64,000 bases of DNA from an uncultured SAR86 cluster bacterium (GTDB taxonomy: Bacteria; Pseudomonadota; Gammaproteobacteria; Magnimaribacterales; D2472), in assembly GCA_902624425.1 (NCBI GenBank), contig CACNXK010000001.1, positions 128,432-192,431 of the forward strand, given 5' to 3'. Positions 20,512-29,682 of this stretch are shown here, one piece after another; the first letter of the stretch is position 1; each line of letters opens with the position of its first letter. The position numbers and the translations under genes are program-made. The notes beneath the pieces were generated by a model. It was not told where the DNA came from. It made no database searches and worked only from the letters and a program-made list of their open reading frames with translations.

Positions 20512-21708
20512 TTATGCAGCCCTTGGTTTTTGTAATTTATCTGTTCTTTCTTTGGGTAATGGGTTACGTGATCCAACTGCTTCTGAAATTGAGTTAAACC
20601 CATCAGCTTTTAATAATTTTACAAGACCCCGGTTAATCTCACTCATACTTTGTGGACCGTCAAAAATCATTGCGGTAATCATATGACAAAGACTTGCACC
20701 AGAGGTAATCTTTTCATACGCATCTTTTGCACTAAAAATCCCACCTACACCAATAATTGTCAATTTACCCCGAGTTCTTCTGTAAACATGCCTTATAACA
20801 TTTGTAGATATTCTTTGTAAGGGAAGGCCGCTCATTGCACCTTTACCTTCTGGTAGCCTGCCATCTACAGTAGGATACTCCTCAGGTATGTGCTCTGTAT
20901 TATATTGTGGTTTCGCTAAGTTAGTACAGACAACTCCATCCATCTTATGCTCAACACAAGCATCAACTATTATATTTATTTCATCTATAGTCATATCTGC
21001 AGCAAGCTTCACGTATATAGGCTTTTCACTTATTGGTCTAATCTCTTTATTGATTGCAGTTAAAAGAGCATTCAAGTTTTGTTTATCAACAAAAGGCTCA
21101 CCTTCTTGAGTATTAGGACAGCTAATATTTACGTCATAATAATCGCCGATATCCTTAAATAATTTCATTGTCTTTAGATAATCAGCAATTGCATCCTCTA
21201 AAATAAACTCTGGTGTAAGATTTGTTAGAGCTGCATTTATTCCAACTCTGAGATTACCAAACTCCTCGCCAGATAACCTTTGTGAGATTTTTTCTGAGCC
21301 TTCATTATTAAGCCCATACCAGACTACAATCGATTTTGACTTTTTCATTCTAAATAATCTTTTACCTGGGTTGCCAGGACATATTTCGCCCGTAAAAGAA
21401 CCAAGCTCGGCAAGGCCGAATCCAAGATGAGGATAGATTTTGGTTAATTCACCGTCTTTATCAAAACCAGCAGATAGACCTATCGGGTTTCTATAATTTA
21501 TTCCATTGACGGTTGTATTTAGACTCGGATGATCATAATTAAACAGCAGACCAGTAAACTTTCTTAAGAAAAAATTATTTCCCAGAAAAACTCCTACACG
21601 CTTTAATGAACTATGAGCCTGTTCAGGCTCCATTAAAAATATTAATGGTCTAATAATTCTAAAACCGACTCTCAAAAAGAAATTTCTTAATGCTACTATG
21701 CTACTCAT
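20512..21708 (-). CDS. pyrD: dihydroorotate dehydrogenase-like flavoprotein (class-2-like architecture, Cys in catalytic loop)
   Basis: N-terminal class-2-type extension (MEPEQAHS). Motifs GLSAGFDKDGE, PGNPGKRLFRM, NISCPNT, SGLPLQ and IIGVGGI are present. Confidence 0.7.
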   Translation of the reverse strand: MSSIVALRNFFLRVGFRIIRPLIFLMEPEQAHSSLKRVGVFLGNNFFLRKFTGLLFNYDHPSLNTTVNGINYRNPIGLSAGFDKDGELTKIYPHLGFGLAELGSFTGEICPGNPGKRLFRMKKSKSIVVWYGLNNEGSEKISQRLSGEEFGNLRVGINAALTNLTPEFILEDAIADYLKTMKLFKDIGDYYDVNISCPNTQEGEPFVDKQNLNALLTAINKEIRPISEKPIYVKLAADMTIDEINIIVDACVEHKMDGVVCTNLAKPQYNTEHIPEEYPTVDGRLPEGKGAMSGLPLQRISTNVIRHVYRRTRGKLTIIGVGGIFSAKDAYEKITSGASLCHMITAMIFDGPQSMSEINRGLVKLLKADGFNSISEAVGSRNPLPKERTDKLQKPRAA

Positions 21709-21826
21709 CTTGACTCCTAAATAAGAAAAGTAATATCACTATTACTTATATTGTAACATAAATTATTAATATAATGTAAATATTTTTAATTAAAAAATTA
21801 TCTTTGGTAGTTAGATGGTCTGATAA

Positions 21827-21902
21827 TGGTGGAGCTACGCGGGATCGAACCGCGGACCTCCTGCGTGCAAAGCAGGCGCTCTCCCAGCTGAGCTATAGCC
21901 CC
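21827..21902 (-). tRNA. tRNA-Ala (anticodon TGC), CCA encoded
   Basis: The reverse complement folds as GGGGCTA...TAGCTCC-A-CCA with the G3-U70 identity pair. Anticodon stem CCTGC/GCAGG, loop TTTGCAC. Confidence 0.95.
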
Positions 21903-21957
21903 ATCTAAAAAGCTTATTGTAGCTATATAAATTAAATAAACAAAGAAAAAGAGAGGT

Positions 21958-22692
21958 TTAGTTAGCTTCTAAACTTCTATATTCATTTGCTTGTCTAACT
22001 AATTCGTCTTTAACTTCTTTTGGGGTAAGACATGGTTTGTCAAACTTAATAAAGAAAAGATTTTTATTCGAGAGAGTAAAGTAGCCATCAATGCACATAG
22101 CAAACATTTCTGCATGCCTATCTTCAACAGCATGCTGACCCTTTAGAGAAGAAAATATTACATTGGAGTGATCTTCATTCATATGTTCAATCATTCCTTC
22201 TTCTCTATCCTTCCATCTTGGTTCTTCCGAGATCCAATTATCTTTTTTTAGCCAAGCTATTTCACCAAAACCTCCAATCCAGCGAATATTTTCAGTTTTT
22301 AGTTCGTAGAATTTAAAATCATGCATTTGTGAGTATTTCTTACTTTCAGGAAGGAACTTTTGAAACCTTGATTTACAATCTTCTAGCTTATCTCCTAAAA
22401 CCTCTTCAAGCTTACCCATGATTGTCAGTCTTGCACTATTCTGCTTGTCTTCTTCATCTTTGCTTCTAGAAATTGTTATACAGGCTTTGGGATTATTTTT
22501 AAGATTCTTAGTATGTTCTGCAATGTCACTAGCATATAAATAAATAGCTCTATTACGACCAGAAACATACGTAACATAACTCCCAAAAGGAAAACCATCG
22601 AACTTCTTTGAAACTGTAGATAAAATTGCCTCATTAGAAGATCTAAAAAGTTCTGCTGCCTGAATATCATATTTTTGGAGTTTCTTATTCAT
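21958..22692 (-). CDS. HugZ/ChuZ-like heme utilisation protein (PNPOx-like fold + DUF2470)
   Basis: 244 aa at the last position of the heme uptake operon. Split-barrel-like N-terminal part (AILSTVSKKFDGFPFGSYVTY). Confidence 0.7.
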   Translation of the reverse strand: MNKKLQKYDIQAAELFRSSNEAILSTVSKKFDGFPFGSYVTYVSGRNRAIYLYASDIAEHTKNLKNNPKACITISRSKDEEDKQNSARLTIMGKLEEVLGDKLEDCKSRFQKFLPESKKYSQMHDFKFYELKTENIRWIGGFGEIAWLKKDNWISEEPRWKDREEGMIEHMNEDHSNVIFSSLKGQHAVEDRHAEMFAMCIDGYFTLSNKNLFFIKFDKPCLTPKEVKDELVRQANEYRSLEAN

Positions 22693-22711
22693 ATCTATAG
22701 TTTCTTATTTT

Positions 22712-23485
22712 TTAATAATAGTGAACTCTTAGCGGATCATGTTTAACTTTTATAGGAACATCATAGATTGATGTTAAAAAAGCATCCTCCATAATTTTTT
22801 CAGGTTCTCCAAATGCCATGATCTCACCATCCTTGATAATAGCAATCTTGTCAGCAAAATGGGATGCTAAATTTAAATCATGCAGAATTACCAAGATTCC
22901 AACATTTAGTGAGGCTCTTTTTTTAAGAATATTCATTAAAAGCATTTCTGATGACAAATCTAAATTTGCAGTAGGCTCATCAAGCAATAGGTACCTAGGA
23001 TCATTTGATTCAGAAGGACGCCACAGTTGAAGCAATGTCCTAGCAAAATGAACTCTTCTTTGTTCACCGCCAGATAGACTATTGAATTTCCTATGAATAA
23101 GATTATGCACATTGCACTCTTTAGTAACATTTTTAAACGCCATTGAGAAATTATTTGAAAAATCTGAATTTCCTCTTTGAAGCCATCCCATTTCAATTAC
23201 ATCCTTTACACTGAAATTAAAAACTAGTGTTTGCATTTGGGACATTACACTTCTTGTAAATGCTCTTTCTTGAATACTAATCTGCTTGAGTTGTTTATTG
23301 TCATAGGATATTTCTCCCGAATCTGGATTAATATCACCAGTTAAAACGTTGAGAAGAGTAGATTTGCCTGCTCCATTTGGACCAATAACAGAAACTATTT
23401 CACCCTCATTTATCTCAAGTGAAACATCTTTAAGGATCTGTCTGTTATCCAGTTTTAGGCTAACTGATTCTAAATTTAAACTCAT
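22712..23485 (-). CDS. hmuV: hemin ABC transporter ATP-binding protein
   Basis: Walker A GPNGAGKST, signature LSGGEQRR, Walker B LLLDEP. Overlaps hmuU by 4 nt. Confidence 0.88.
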   Translation of the reverse strand: MSLNLESVSLKLDNRQILKDVSLEINEGEIVSVIGPNGAGKSTLLNVLTGDINPDSGEISYDNKQLKQISIQERAFTRSVMSQMQTLVFNFSVKDVIEMGWLQRGNSDFSNNFSMAFKNVTKECNVHNLIHRKFNSLSGGEQRRVHFARTLLQLWRPSESNDPRYLLLDEPTANLDLSSEMLLMNILKKRASLNVGILVILHDLNLASHFADKIAIIKDGEIMAFGEPEKIMEDAFLTSIYDVPIKVKHDPLRVHYY

Positions 23486-24525
23486 AACCTTTTCATTCTA
23501 AATATCAACCACAGAAAAAAAGGAGATCCAATTGCGCTTGTAATCAATCCAACTGGTATTTCTGCTGGTTGAAGTAATATTCTTGAGAACAGATCAGCAA
23601 TAATCATCAGGCAGGCTCCCATTAGGGCTGAGCCTGGCAGCAAATACTTATGATTCACTCCACCAATTAGTCTTACAAGATGAGGCACAACTAAACCAAC
23701 AAAGCCAATCATCCCAGAAAGGGCAACACTTGCTCCAACTGCGGATGCGCTCGTAAAAATTATACTTAACTTAACTCTTTGTACATCTATTCCAAGCCTA
23801 TAAGCTTCCGGTTCTCCTAGCTGAAGTAAATCTAATTTCCTGGCATTTGGTATTAAGAAAATTAAAGAGATAAATATAATAATTATCGCTGGAACTAATA
23901 AGGGCCATGTAACGCCACCAAAACTACCCATTGTCCAAAAAGTTAGACTTCTTAATTCTGCATCAGAACTAATATAAGTGAGGATTCCTATACCAACTCC
24001 CGCAATTGCATTTACCGCAATTCCAACAAGCAGCATATAAGTTACACCCTGATATCCAAAACCTTTCGTTAAAACATAAAGCATAAATATTACAAAACAT
24101 GCGCCTGAAATAGCTGCCACAGGTAAGAGAAAACTTCCTAAGTATAAATTTGGAAAGAAATTTGCCCCTATTACAATTATTGTAGTTGCCCCCAAAGCTG
24201 CGCCAGCAGAAACGCCAATAAGTCCTGGATCTGCAAGGGGGTTTCTGAATAGACCTTGAAGAGCAGCACCAGCTATTCCAAGACTAGCTCCAACAATTGC
24301 AGACAGGATTACTCTAGGAACTCTTATTTCAAGAAGAACGATGTTTTGTAATCCTGAAGTCTTGCCAAGAAGAAAATTTATGACCGAAAGATCATAGCTA
24401 CCTGTTCCTATGGCAATAAAGATGCTTAAAAAGGTAAAAATACATAGTAGAAAAAGTATCACTAATTGCTTAGAAGAAATAAATTCTGTTATAGAGCTTT
24501 TTAGAGATAGCGCTCTACTAATCAT
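23482..24525 (-). CDS. hmuU: hemin ABC transporter permease (FecCD family)
   Basis: 347 aa with about 9-10 TM and typical FecCD motifs (RNPLADPGLIGVSAGA). Confidence 0.88.
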   Translation of the reverse strand: MISRALSLKSSITEFISSKQLVILFLLCIFTFLSIFIAIGTGSYDLSVINFLLGKTSGLQNIVLLEIRVPRVILSAIVGASLGIAGAALQGLFRNPLADPGLIGVSAGAALGATTIIVIGANFFPNLYLGSFLLPVAAISGACFVIFMLYVLTKGFGYQGVTYMLLVGIAVNAIAGVGIGILTYISSDAELRSLTFWTMGSFGGVTWPLLVPAIIIIFISLIFLIPNARKLDLLQLGEPEAYRLGIDVQRVKLSIIFTSASAVGASVALSGMIGFVGLVVPHLVRLIGGVNHKYLLPGSALMGACLMIIADLFSRILLQPAEIPVGLITSAIGSPFFLWLIFRMKRL

Positions 24526-25384
24526 TTATGTCTAAAATATCATTTGCAATATTAAGTGCTGAAAATATTGTACGTGGCCCAAATCCAAGCATAGCCATAC
24601 CATCCATAGCTATAATGTTATTATTTTTAGCAGCTGGAGTTAATGCTAAAGCGGGATGTTGTCGCAATGATTCAACATCACCAAAAGCGCTTAGCCCTCT
24701 GTTAGAAATTAAGATGACATCTGGTTCCGCCATTAAAATTGACTCTGTGCTGACTGGTTTCCAGCCCTCAAAAGAAGACAAAACATTTTTTGCTCCTATC
24801 ATTTCAATTAATCCATTTGCTGATGTATCCATTCCACCAATTAATGGCGAACCACTTTGAAGACCTAAAATAAATATAGCCTTTGTATTTTTTTCTAAAA
24901 CCTTTTGAGACGCTATCTCTAATTTATTTATCGCAGGATCTAATTTTTCCTCAAATAATCTTTCCGCTTCAATTTTTTTATTTACTATTTCAGCAATACA
25001 TTTAACCTTTGCCTTCACTCCCAAGACACTATGTTCCTCAGGCACAATTGCAACTTCAACGCCGGTTCTATTAATTTGCTCTAAAACAGCAGGGGGCCCC
25101 ATATCATTCTCACCAATAATAATTGTAGGATCAAGAGATAGAATTCCCTCAGCAGAAAGTGCTCTTACATAACCAATCTGAGGATGGCTTCTAGCCCTTT
25201 CTGGAAAGTTTGATGTCAAATCTACAGCAATAATGCTGTCTTCAGCATCAATCATATACATGATTTCAGTTATTGAGCCACCAGCAACAGTAACTCTTGT
25301 GGCATCACTTGCTGCACTACATTCAACTGCAAAAACTTGCTGCTGAAATGAAAAAGCCATGAAAAGTGTAAGTAAATATTTCAT
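24518..25384 (-). CDS. hmuT: periplasmic hemin-binding protein
   Basis: Signal peptide and class III (cluster A) SBP features. First gene of the hmuTUV string. Confidence 0.8.
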   Translation of the reverse strand: MKYLLTLFMAFSFQQQVFAVECSAASDATRVTVAGGSITEIMYMIDAEDSIIAVDLTSNFPERARSHPQIGYVRALSAEGILSLDPTIIIGENDMGPPAVLEQINRTGVEVAIVPEEHSVLGVKAKVKCIAEIVNKKIEAERLFEEKLDPAINKLEIASQKVLEKNTKAIFILGLQSGSPLIGGMDTSANGLIEMIGAKNVLSSFEGWKPVSTESILMAEPDVILISNRGLSAFGDVESLRQHPALALTPAAKNNNIIAMDGMAMLGFGPRTIFSALNIANDILDIND

Positions 25385-25418
25385 AAATTTAGTTAAAATA
25401 TTTGATTTTTTTTCTATT

Positions 25419-25437
25419 GTAAATGATAATCATTCTC
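25419..25437. promoter_or_regulatory. Fur box in the divergent hmuT / heme-receptor intergenic region
   Basis: gtaaatgataatcattctc matches the Fur consensus at 16/19. It lies 35 nt from the hmuT ATG and 31 nt from the receptor ATG. Confidence 0.8.
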
Positions 25438-25467
25438 ATTCGTATTCGCAATTGGCGTGGAGTAATT

Positions 25468-27672
25468 ATGACAAATATTTTATTAAGTAAAAAGATAATA
25501 GCATCTATATTTTTAGTAATCTTTGGTATTGCTGCTATTTCACAAGAAAATAATTCTGATATTGAGGAAGTGGTAACGGTATCTTCTAAAATTGAAGTTC
25601 CTGCAAAAGATGTAGTAGGATCCGTTAGCCTAATTACTCAATCAGATCTTGAAACTAGAGTTGTAAATGATTTACAAGAAGTTTTTGAAAATACTATTGG
25701 GGTTACTGTTCCGAGAAGCATCAGGAGTGGTCGAACAAGGAATGATGGAGTAACAATTAGAGGGATAGGTGACAAAAGAGTAAATATTCTTATAGATGGA
25801 ATCAGGATTGGTGACGCCTACCAGAGCGGTGGCTTTGGTAAAGATGTAGTAGACCCGATTCTCTTAAAACGTGTTGAGGTACTCAAGGGACCAAGTTCGG
25901 CTCTTTATGGATCTGATGGTCTTGCTGGAACAGTTTCTTACACAACAAAAGATCCAAGCGATTTAGCATCTGCCGGAAATCCATTTGTTTCAGTTGGGAT
26001 GGGATCAGCTACAGTAAATCAACTTTCAAAAATTTCAGCGCTGACCGCTATTGTCGCAGGTAATATGGAAGCTCTTGTTCAAGTCACAACGAGAGAGGTA
26101 AATGAGCTTGAGATTCATAATGATTCAACTAGTCCTTTAAATCCAATGGAGGGAGATTCATTATCATTGCTTGCGAAACTTAAGTTCAATATGGCAAATG
26201 GATCAGATCTAACCTTAACAGTTGATAATCAAGAAACCGATGCAAAATACACACTATTAAACGAGTTGGGAACATCTTATTTCCCTCAGGCAGAGGAAGT
26301 GACTGAATCCATCGGTGACGATAATTCTACAAGAGAGAGAGTTACACTTTCTTATAACTTTGAATCTGGAAATATTCTCTTTGATTCAGGTGAAGTAAGA
26401 ATATTTTCTCAAACAACAGATCAAAAACAAGTTACAGATAAGACTAAAGCATTGATAGCTTTTGGTCCATTTGGCCCATCTTTCACTCCTACTTTAGAGC
26501 ATAAAGATTATGGCTTTAATCAAGATCTAGAGGGATTTGCGGTAGATCTATATAAGCAATTTAACATTGGCTCAACGTCTCATGATTTAGTATATGGATT
26601 TGAAAGTGAGGAGGCTTCATATTCAAGACCTAAAGATAGATATGAGACTAATTTAATAACTGGAGAAATAAATAGAGTATTTTTTGGTCCAGAGGTTTTC
26701 CCAAACAAAGCGTTTCCAGATAGTGAGGTTGTGAGAGATGCTTTTTACTTTAGCGACAGAATAAGTTTGAGTGAAAGTACCACATTTGTTTTTGGTTTAA
26801 GGCATGATAACTATGAGCAAAAAGCAATTGTAGACAGCTTATCTGCAGCTGGAAATCCTGCAAATCATCCTTTACTGCCAAGAGAAGATAGTGAAACTTC
26901 CTTAAAGCTCGGAGTAATTCAAGACCTAAGTGACGTAGTATCAGTTTTTGCACAAGTTGCAGAGGGGTATAGAAACCCTGATTTCACCGATGCATATAAT
27001 ACTTATACGAATTATGCGTTTGGCTACACAATTATCCCAAATCCAGATCTTAAAGCTGAATATAGTACAGGATATGAGCTTGGCCTTAGAGGAACCAAAG
27101 AAGATGTTAAATGGTCATTAGTTTTATTTAAAAATAATTTTAAGGACTTTATTGACAGCAATTTATATTCATTACCACCAGTAAATGGAGTGCTGCAGGT
27201 TAGATATGAAAATTTAGAATCTGTAAGAACAAAAGGCGTAGAGTTTGAAATTAGAAGAAATATAAGCGAAACATTATCTTCTTTTGCTGGCTTTGCACTG
27301 AATGAATCAGATAATTTAATAAATGAATCTATTACCCCAGATCAACTTAAGTATGGTCTTTCACATATTTCAAAGTCTGGGAATGTTTCAACTAATTATG
27401 TAATGACTTATACAGCAGATAGCCCACGCTTGCCTCCAATTGTAGGAAGAAGTGGATCAACTCCTGCTGTATTTGCACCAAGAAGCATTACACATGACGT
27501 ATTTATGGATCTTGATCTAAGTGAAAACTTTGACTTACGGCTAGGAATTAGAAATATTACTGATGAAAAGTATTGGGATTGGGTATCAGTAGCAGGTCTT
27601 GCAGAAGGAACTGCACAACAATATCTTAACCCAGGAACAAATCTTAGTTTAGATTTAAGATATACATTTTGA
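25468..27672 (+). CDS. TonB-dependent heme/hemoglobin receptor
   Basis: Start moved to MTNILLSKK (GGAG 6 nt upstream) because the track start at 25423 would overlap the Fur box. Plug and barrel are present, with terminal LRYTF. The heme assignment comes from context: divergent from hmuTUV-hugZ. Confidence 0.85.
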   Translation: MTNILLSKKIIASIFLVIFGIAAISQENNSDIEEVVTVSSKIEVPAKDVVGSVSLITQSDLETRVVNDLQEVFENTIGVTVPRSIRSGRTRNDGVTIRGIGDKRVNILIDGIRIGDAYQSGGFGKDVVDPILLKRVEVLKGPSSALYGSDGLAGTVSYTTKDPSDLASAGNPFVSVGMGSATVNQLSKISALTAIVAGNMEALVQVTTREVNELEIHNDSTSPLNPMEGDSLSLLAKLKFNMANGSDLTLTVDNQETDAKYTLLNELGTSYFPQAEEVTESIGDDNSTRERVTLSYNFESGNILFDSGEVRIFSQTTDQKQVTDKTKALIAFGPFGPSFTPTLEHKDYGFNQDLEGFAVDLYKQFNIGSTSHDLVYGFESEEASYSRPKDRYETNLITGEINRVFFGPEVFPNKAFPDSEVVRDAFYFSDRISLSESTTFVFGLRHDNYEQKAIVDSLSAAGNPANHPLLPREDSETSLKLGVIQDLSDVVSVFAQVAEGYRNPDFTDAYNTYTNYAFGYTIIPNPDLKAEYSTGYELGLRGTKEDVKWSLVLFKNNFKDFIDSNLYSLPPVNGVLQVRYENLESVRTKGVEFEIRRNISETLSSFAGFALNESDNLINESITPDQLKYGLSHISKSGNVSTNYVMTYTADSPRLPPIVGRSGSTPAVFAPRSITHDVFMDLDLSENFDLRLGIRNITDEKYWDWVSVAGLAEGTAQQYLNPGTNLSLDLRYTF

Positions 27673-27674
27673 TT

Positions 27675-27699
27675 AATGGGCCTTATTGGCCCATTTTTT
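27675..27699 (+). terminator. rho-independent terminator between convergent receptor and metF-like genes
   Basis: AATGGGCC-ttatt-GGCCCATT, 8-bp stem, running into a T6 tract. It overlaps the metF-like stop codon on the other strand. Confidence 0.75.
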
Positions 27700-28558
27700 A
27701 AATAAAGCTTTTAATAATGTTAGCGGACTGTGATTCGCAGTTTGGTCCCATTAAATGAATCCCATCAATTCCAGGTAGCTCTCTTACTTTATCAATAAGC
27801 TCGATACAAATTAGCTCTCCTTCAAGAGCAGGATCTGATGAAGAATCTAATCTACCTATAATCTCATCAGAAATATTGATACCCCAAAGATTTTTACGCA
27901 TCCAATCTGCTTGCTTTGCAGACTTTAGCGGGCCCATACCAACTAAAACCTTCCATGAATCATCTTTTCCACTACTCATAAGTAAATCTGAATAAAATTT
28001 AATAACATTTATATCAAAACAATATTGAGTTTGAACAAAGCTAGCACCTGACTTTATTTTTGATATCAAAGAGTGAATAGCTTCAGGTTTTGATTGATGA
28101 GTGTACAAATCATCTGCAGCTCCTGAGAATATTTCTTTAGGTGATGAGATATCAGTTCCATCTGATATTTTTCCAGTATTTAATATGCTAATGAGTTCAA
28201 TAAGTGATGCTCCATTGAATTCATTTACAGCTTTTGGACCACCTGGACCAGGCTGATCTCCTGTAAGACAAAGCACCTTATTAATGTCTATAGAAGCAGC
28301 ACCAATAATTTCTGATTCAATGGCAATTCTGTTTCTGTCTCTTCCGGTAAGTTGAAGAATTACGTCTAACCCTTTTTTTTTGATTTCAGAAGCTACTAGA
28401 ATACTTGATAGCTTAGTCTTGCAATTTGGTGAGTCCGTTATATTAACAGCATCAGCCAACCCAACCAGAGGCATAATTTTTTGTACGCTAGTATCTAAAT
28501 CCATAGAGAGATCTGGAGTAGTCTCTGCAGTAAAAATCAGTTCTTTATCGCTAAACAT
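27698..28558 (-). CDS. methylenetetrahydrofolate reductase-like protein
   Basis: 286 aa, MTHFR TIM-barrel family. Segments ADAVNITDSPN, LQLTGRDRNR, CLTGD and FVQTQYCFD are collinear with MetF. Confidence 0.75.
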   Translation of the reverse strand: MFSDKELIFTAETTPDLSMDLDTSVQKIMPLVGLADAVNITDSPNCKTKLSSILVASEIKKKGLDVILQLTGRDRNRIAIESEIIGAASIDINKVLCLTGDQPGPGGPKAVNEFNGASLIELISILNTGKISDGTDISSPKEIFSGAADDLYTHQSKPEAIHSLISKIKSGASFVQTQYCFDINVIKFYSDLLMSSGKDDSWKVLVGMGPLKSAKQADWMRKNLWGINISDEIIGRLDSSSDPALEGELICIELIDKVRELPGIDGIHLMGPNCESQSANIIKSFI

Positions 28559-28560
28559 TT

Positions 28561-29682
28561 CTAACCCACTGGAATCTTTTTTTCTTTATCATGGAATGGC
28601 AAGTCACATATCTTAACATCATGCAAAGCTGAGCCAGTTTTTAATTTTGCTTTATTCATATTCCCAATATCACTTCTAAGTTGCACTATTGCAATTCCAG
28701 TTTGGAGGAAAGGGGACCAAGCTCCTGCTGTAACAGAACCTATTACTTTTCCATCTAGTGAAAGCAGCTCATCTTCAACTGCTGGTTTTTTAGAGGCACA
28801 TTTAATTCCTTTAATTTTTGTGGCACCTCTCTCTTTTTTTTCCAAGGCATTCTTACCAATAAAATCAGCCTTATCAAAGTCTATAAATTTTTCTAATCCA
28901 AGATCAAATGGATCAAATCTTTGATCAAAATCTGTTCCATAATCAAGAATTCCAGCTTCTATTCTTCTGATATGCATTGATCCTATATCGGATGCTTTTA
29001 AGTTTTCTTCTTTACCGATCTCTAAGAGATGATTCCAAAGTTCTTCACCTGAAAAGTTCTCTCCATCAGAATATAATTCAAAACCTTTCTCACCTGTCCA
29101 GCCAGATCTAGACACATAGAAATCTTTATTAAGAATCTTTACTTTAGCGCATGAGTAATATGAAAATTCTTTTAAATGTATATCTGTGACTTTTGAAAGA
29201 ACGCTTAAAGATGTTGGGCCTTGAATCTGAAGAACCCAAGAATTAAAGTCCTCTATCTTTACATCCATACTGCCAATGTTTGCAGTTGCCCAGTTGACAA
29301 AATCACCATTTGCCTGGACATATATAAATTCATCTTCAGTGGGATGCATCAAAACTCCATCCATAAGAATCCCACCTTCATGATTGCATGCGAATGCATA
29401 AACTGCTCTTCCTACCTTGATTTTGTCTATGTTTCGAGTGAATATTTTTTCTAGGAACGCCTTCTGATCTTTTCCTGTGATTCTCAAGGGAGTTTCTGGC
29501 ACATCATACAAACAACAATATTTCCTAAGATGCTCATATTCACTTTGATCATCATATCCACAGCTTAGGGGATAAAGTCTATTGTTATAGACACCATACA
29601 AAACATCTTTATGATGATAGCAATCAAAAAAAGGTGACCTTAGAAATCTACGATCTGATATTACTAAGTTTGAATTCTTCAT
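28561..29682 (-). CDS. GcvT-family tetrahydrofolate-dependent aminomethyltransferase/demethylase (DmdA-like)
   Basis: About 373 aa from MKNSNLVISDRR. GcvT fold segments are present (ITGKDQKAFLEKIFTRNI, GWTGEKGFELY, C-terminal barrel). The alternative TTG start is at 29694. Confidence 0.75.
   Translation of the reverse strand: MKNSNLVISDRRFLRSPFFDCYHHKDVLYGVYNNRLYPLSCGYDDQSEYEHLRKYCCLYDVPETPLRITGKDQKAFLEKIFTRNIDKIKVGRAVYAFACNHEGGILMDGVLMHPTEDEFIYVQANGDFVNWATANIGSMDVKIEDFNSWVLQIQGPTSLSVLSKVTDIHLKEFSYYSCAKVKILNKDFYVSRSGWTGEKGFELYSDGENFSGEELWNHLLEIGKEENLKASDIGSMHIRRIEAGILDYGTDFDQRFDPFDLGLEKFIDFDKADFIGKNALEKKERGATKIKGIKCASKKPAVEDELLSLDGKVIGSVTAGAWSPFLQTGIAIVQLRSDIGNMNKAKLKTGSALHDVKICDLPFHDKEKKIPVG

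Noticed and set aside
25423-25467. Upstream extension of the heme receptor ORF (MIIILIRIRNWRGVI).
   Set aside because: It would be translated through the Fur box. The ATG at 25468 has a GGAG SD and begins a normal signal peptide.
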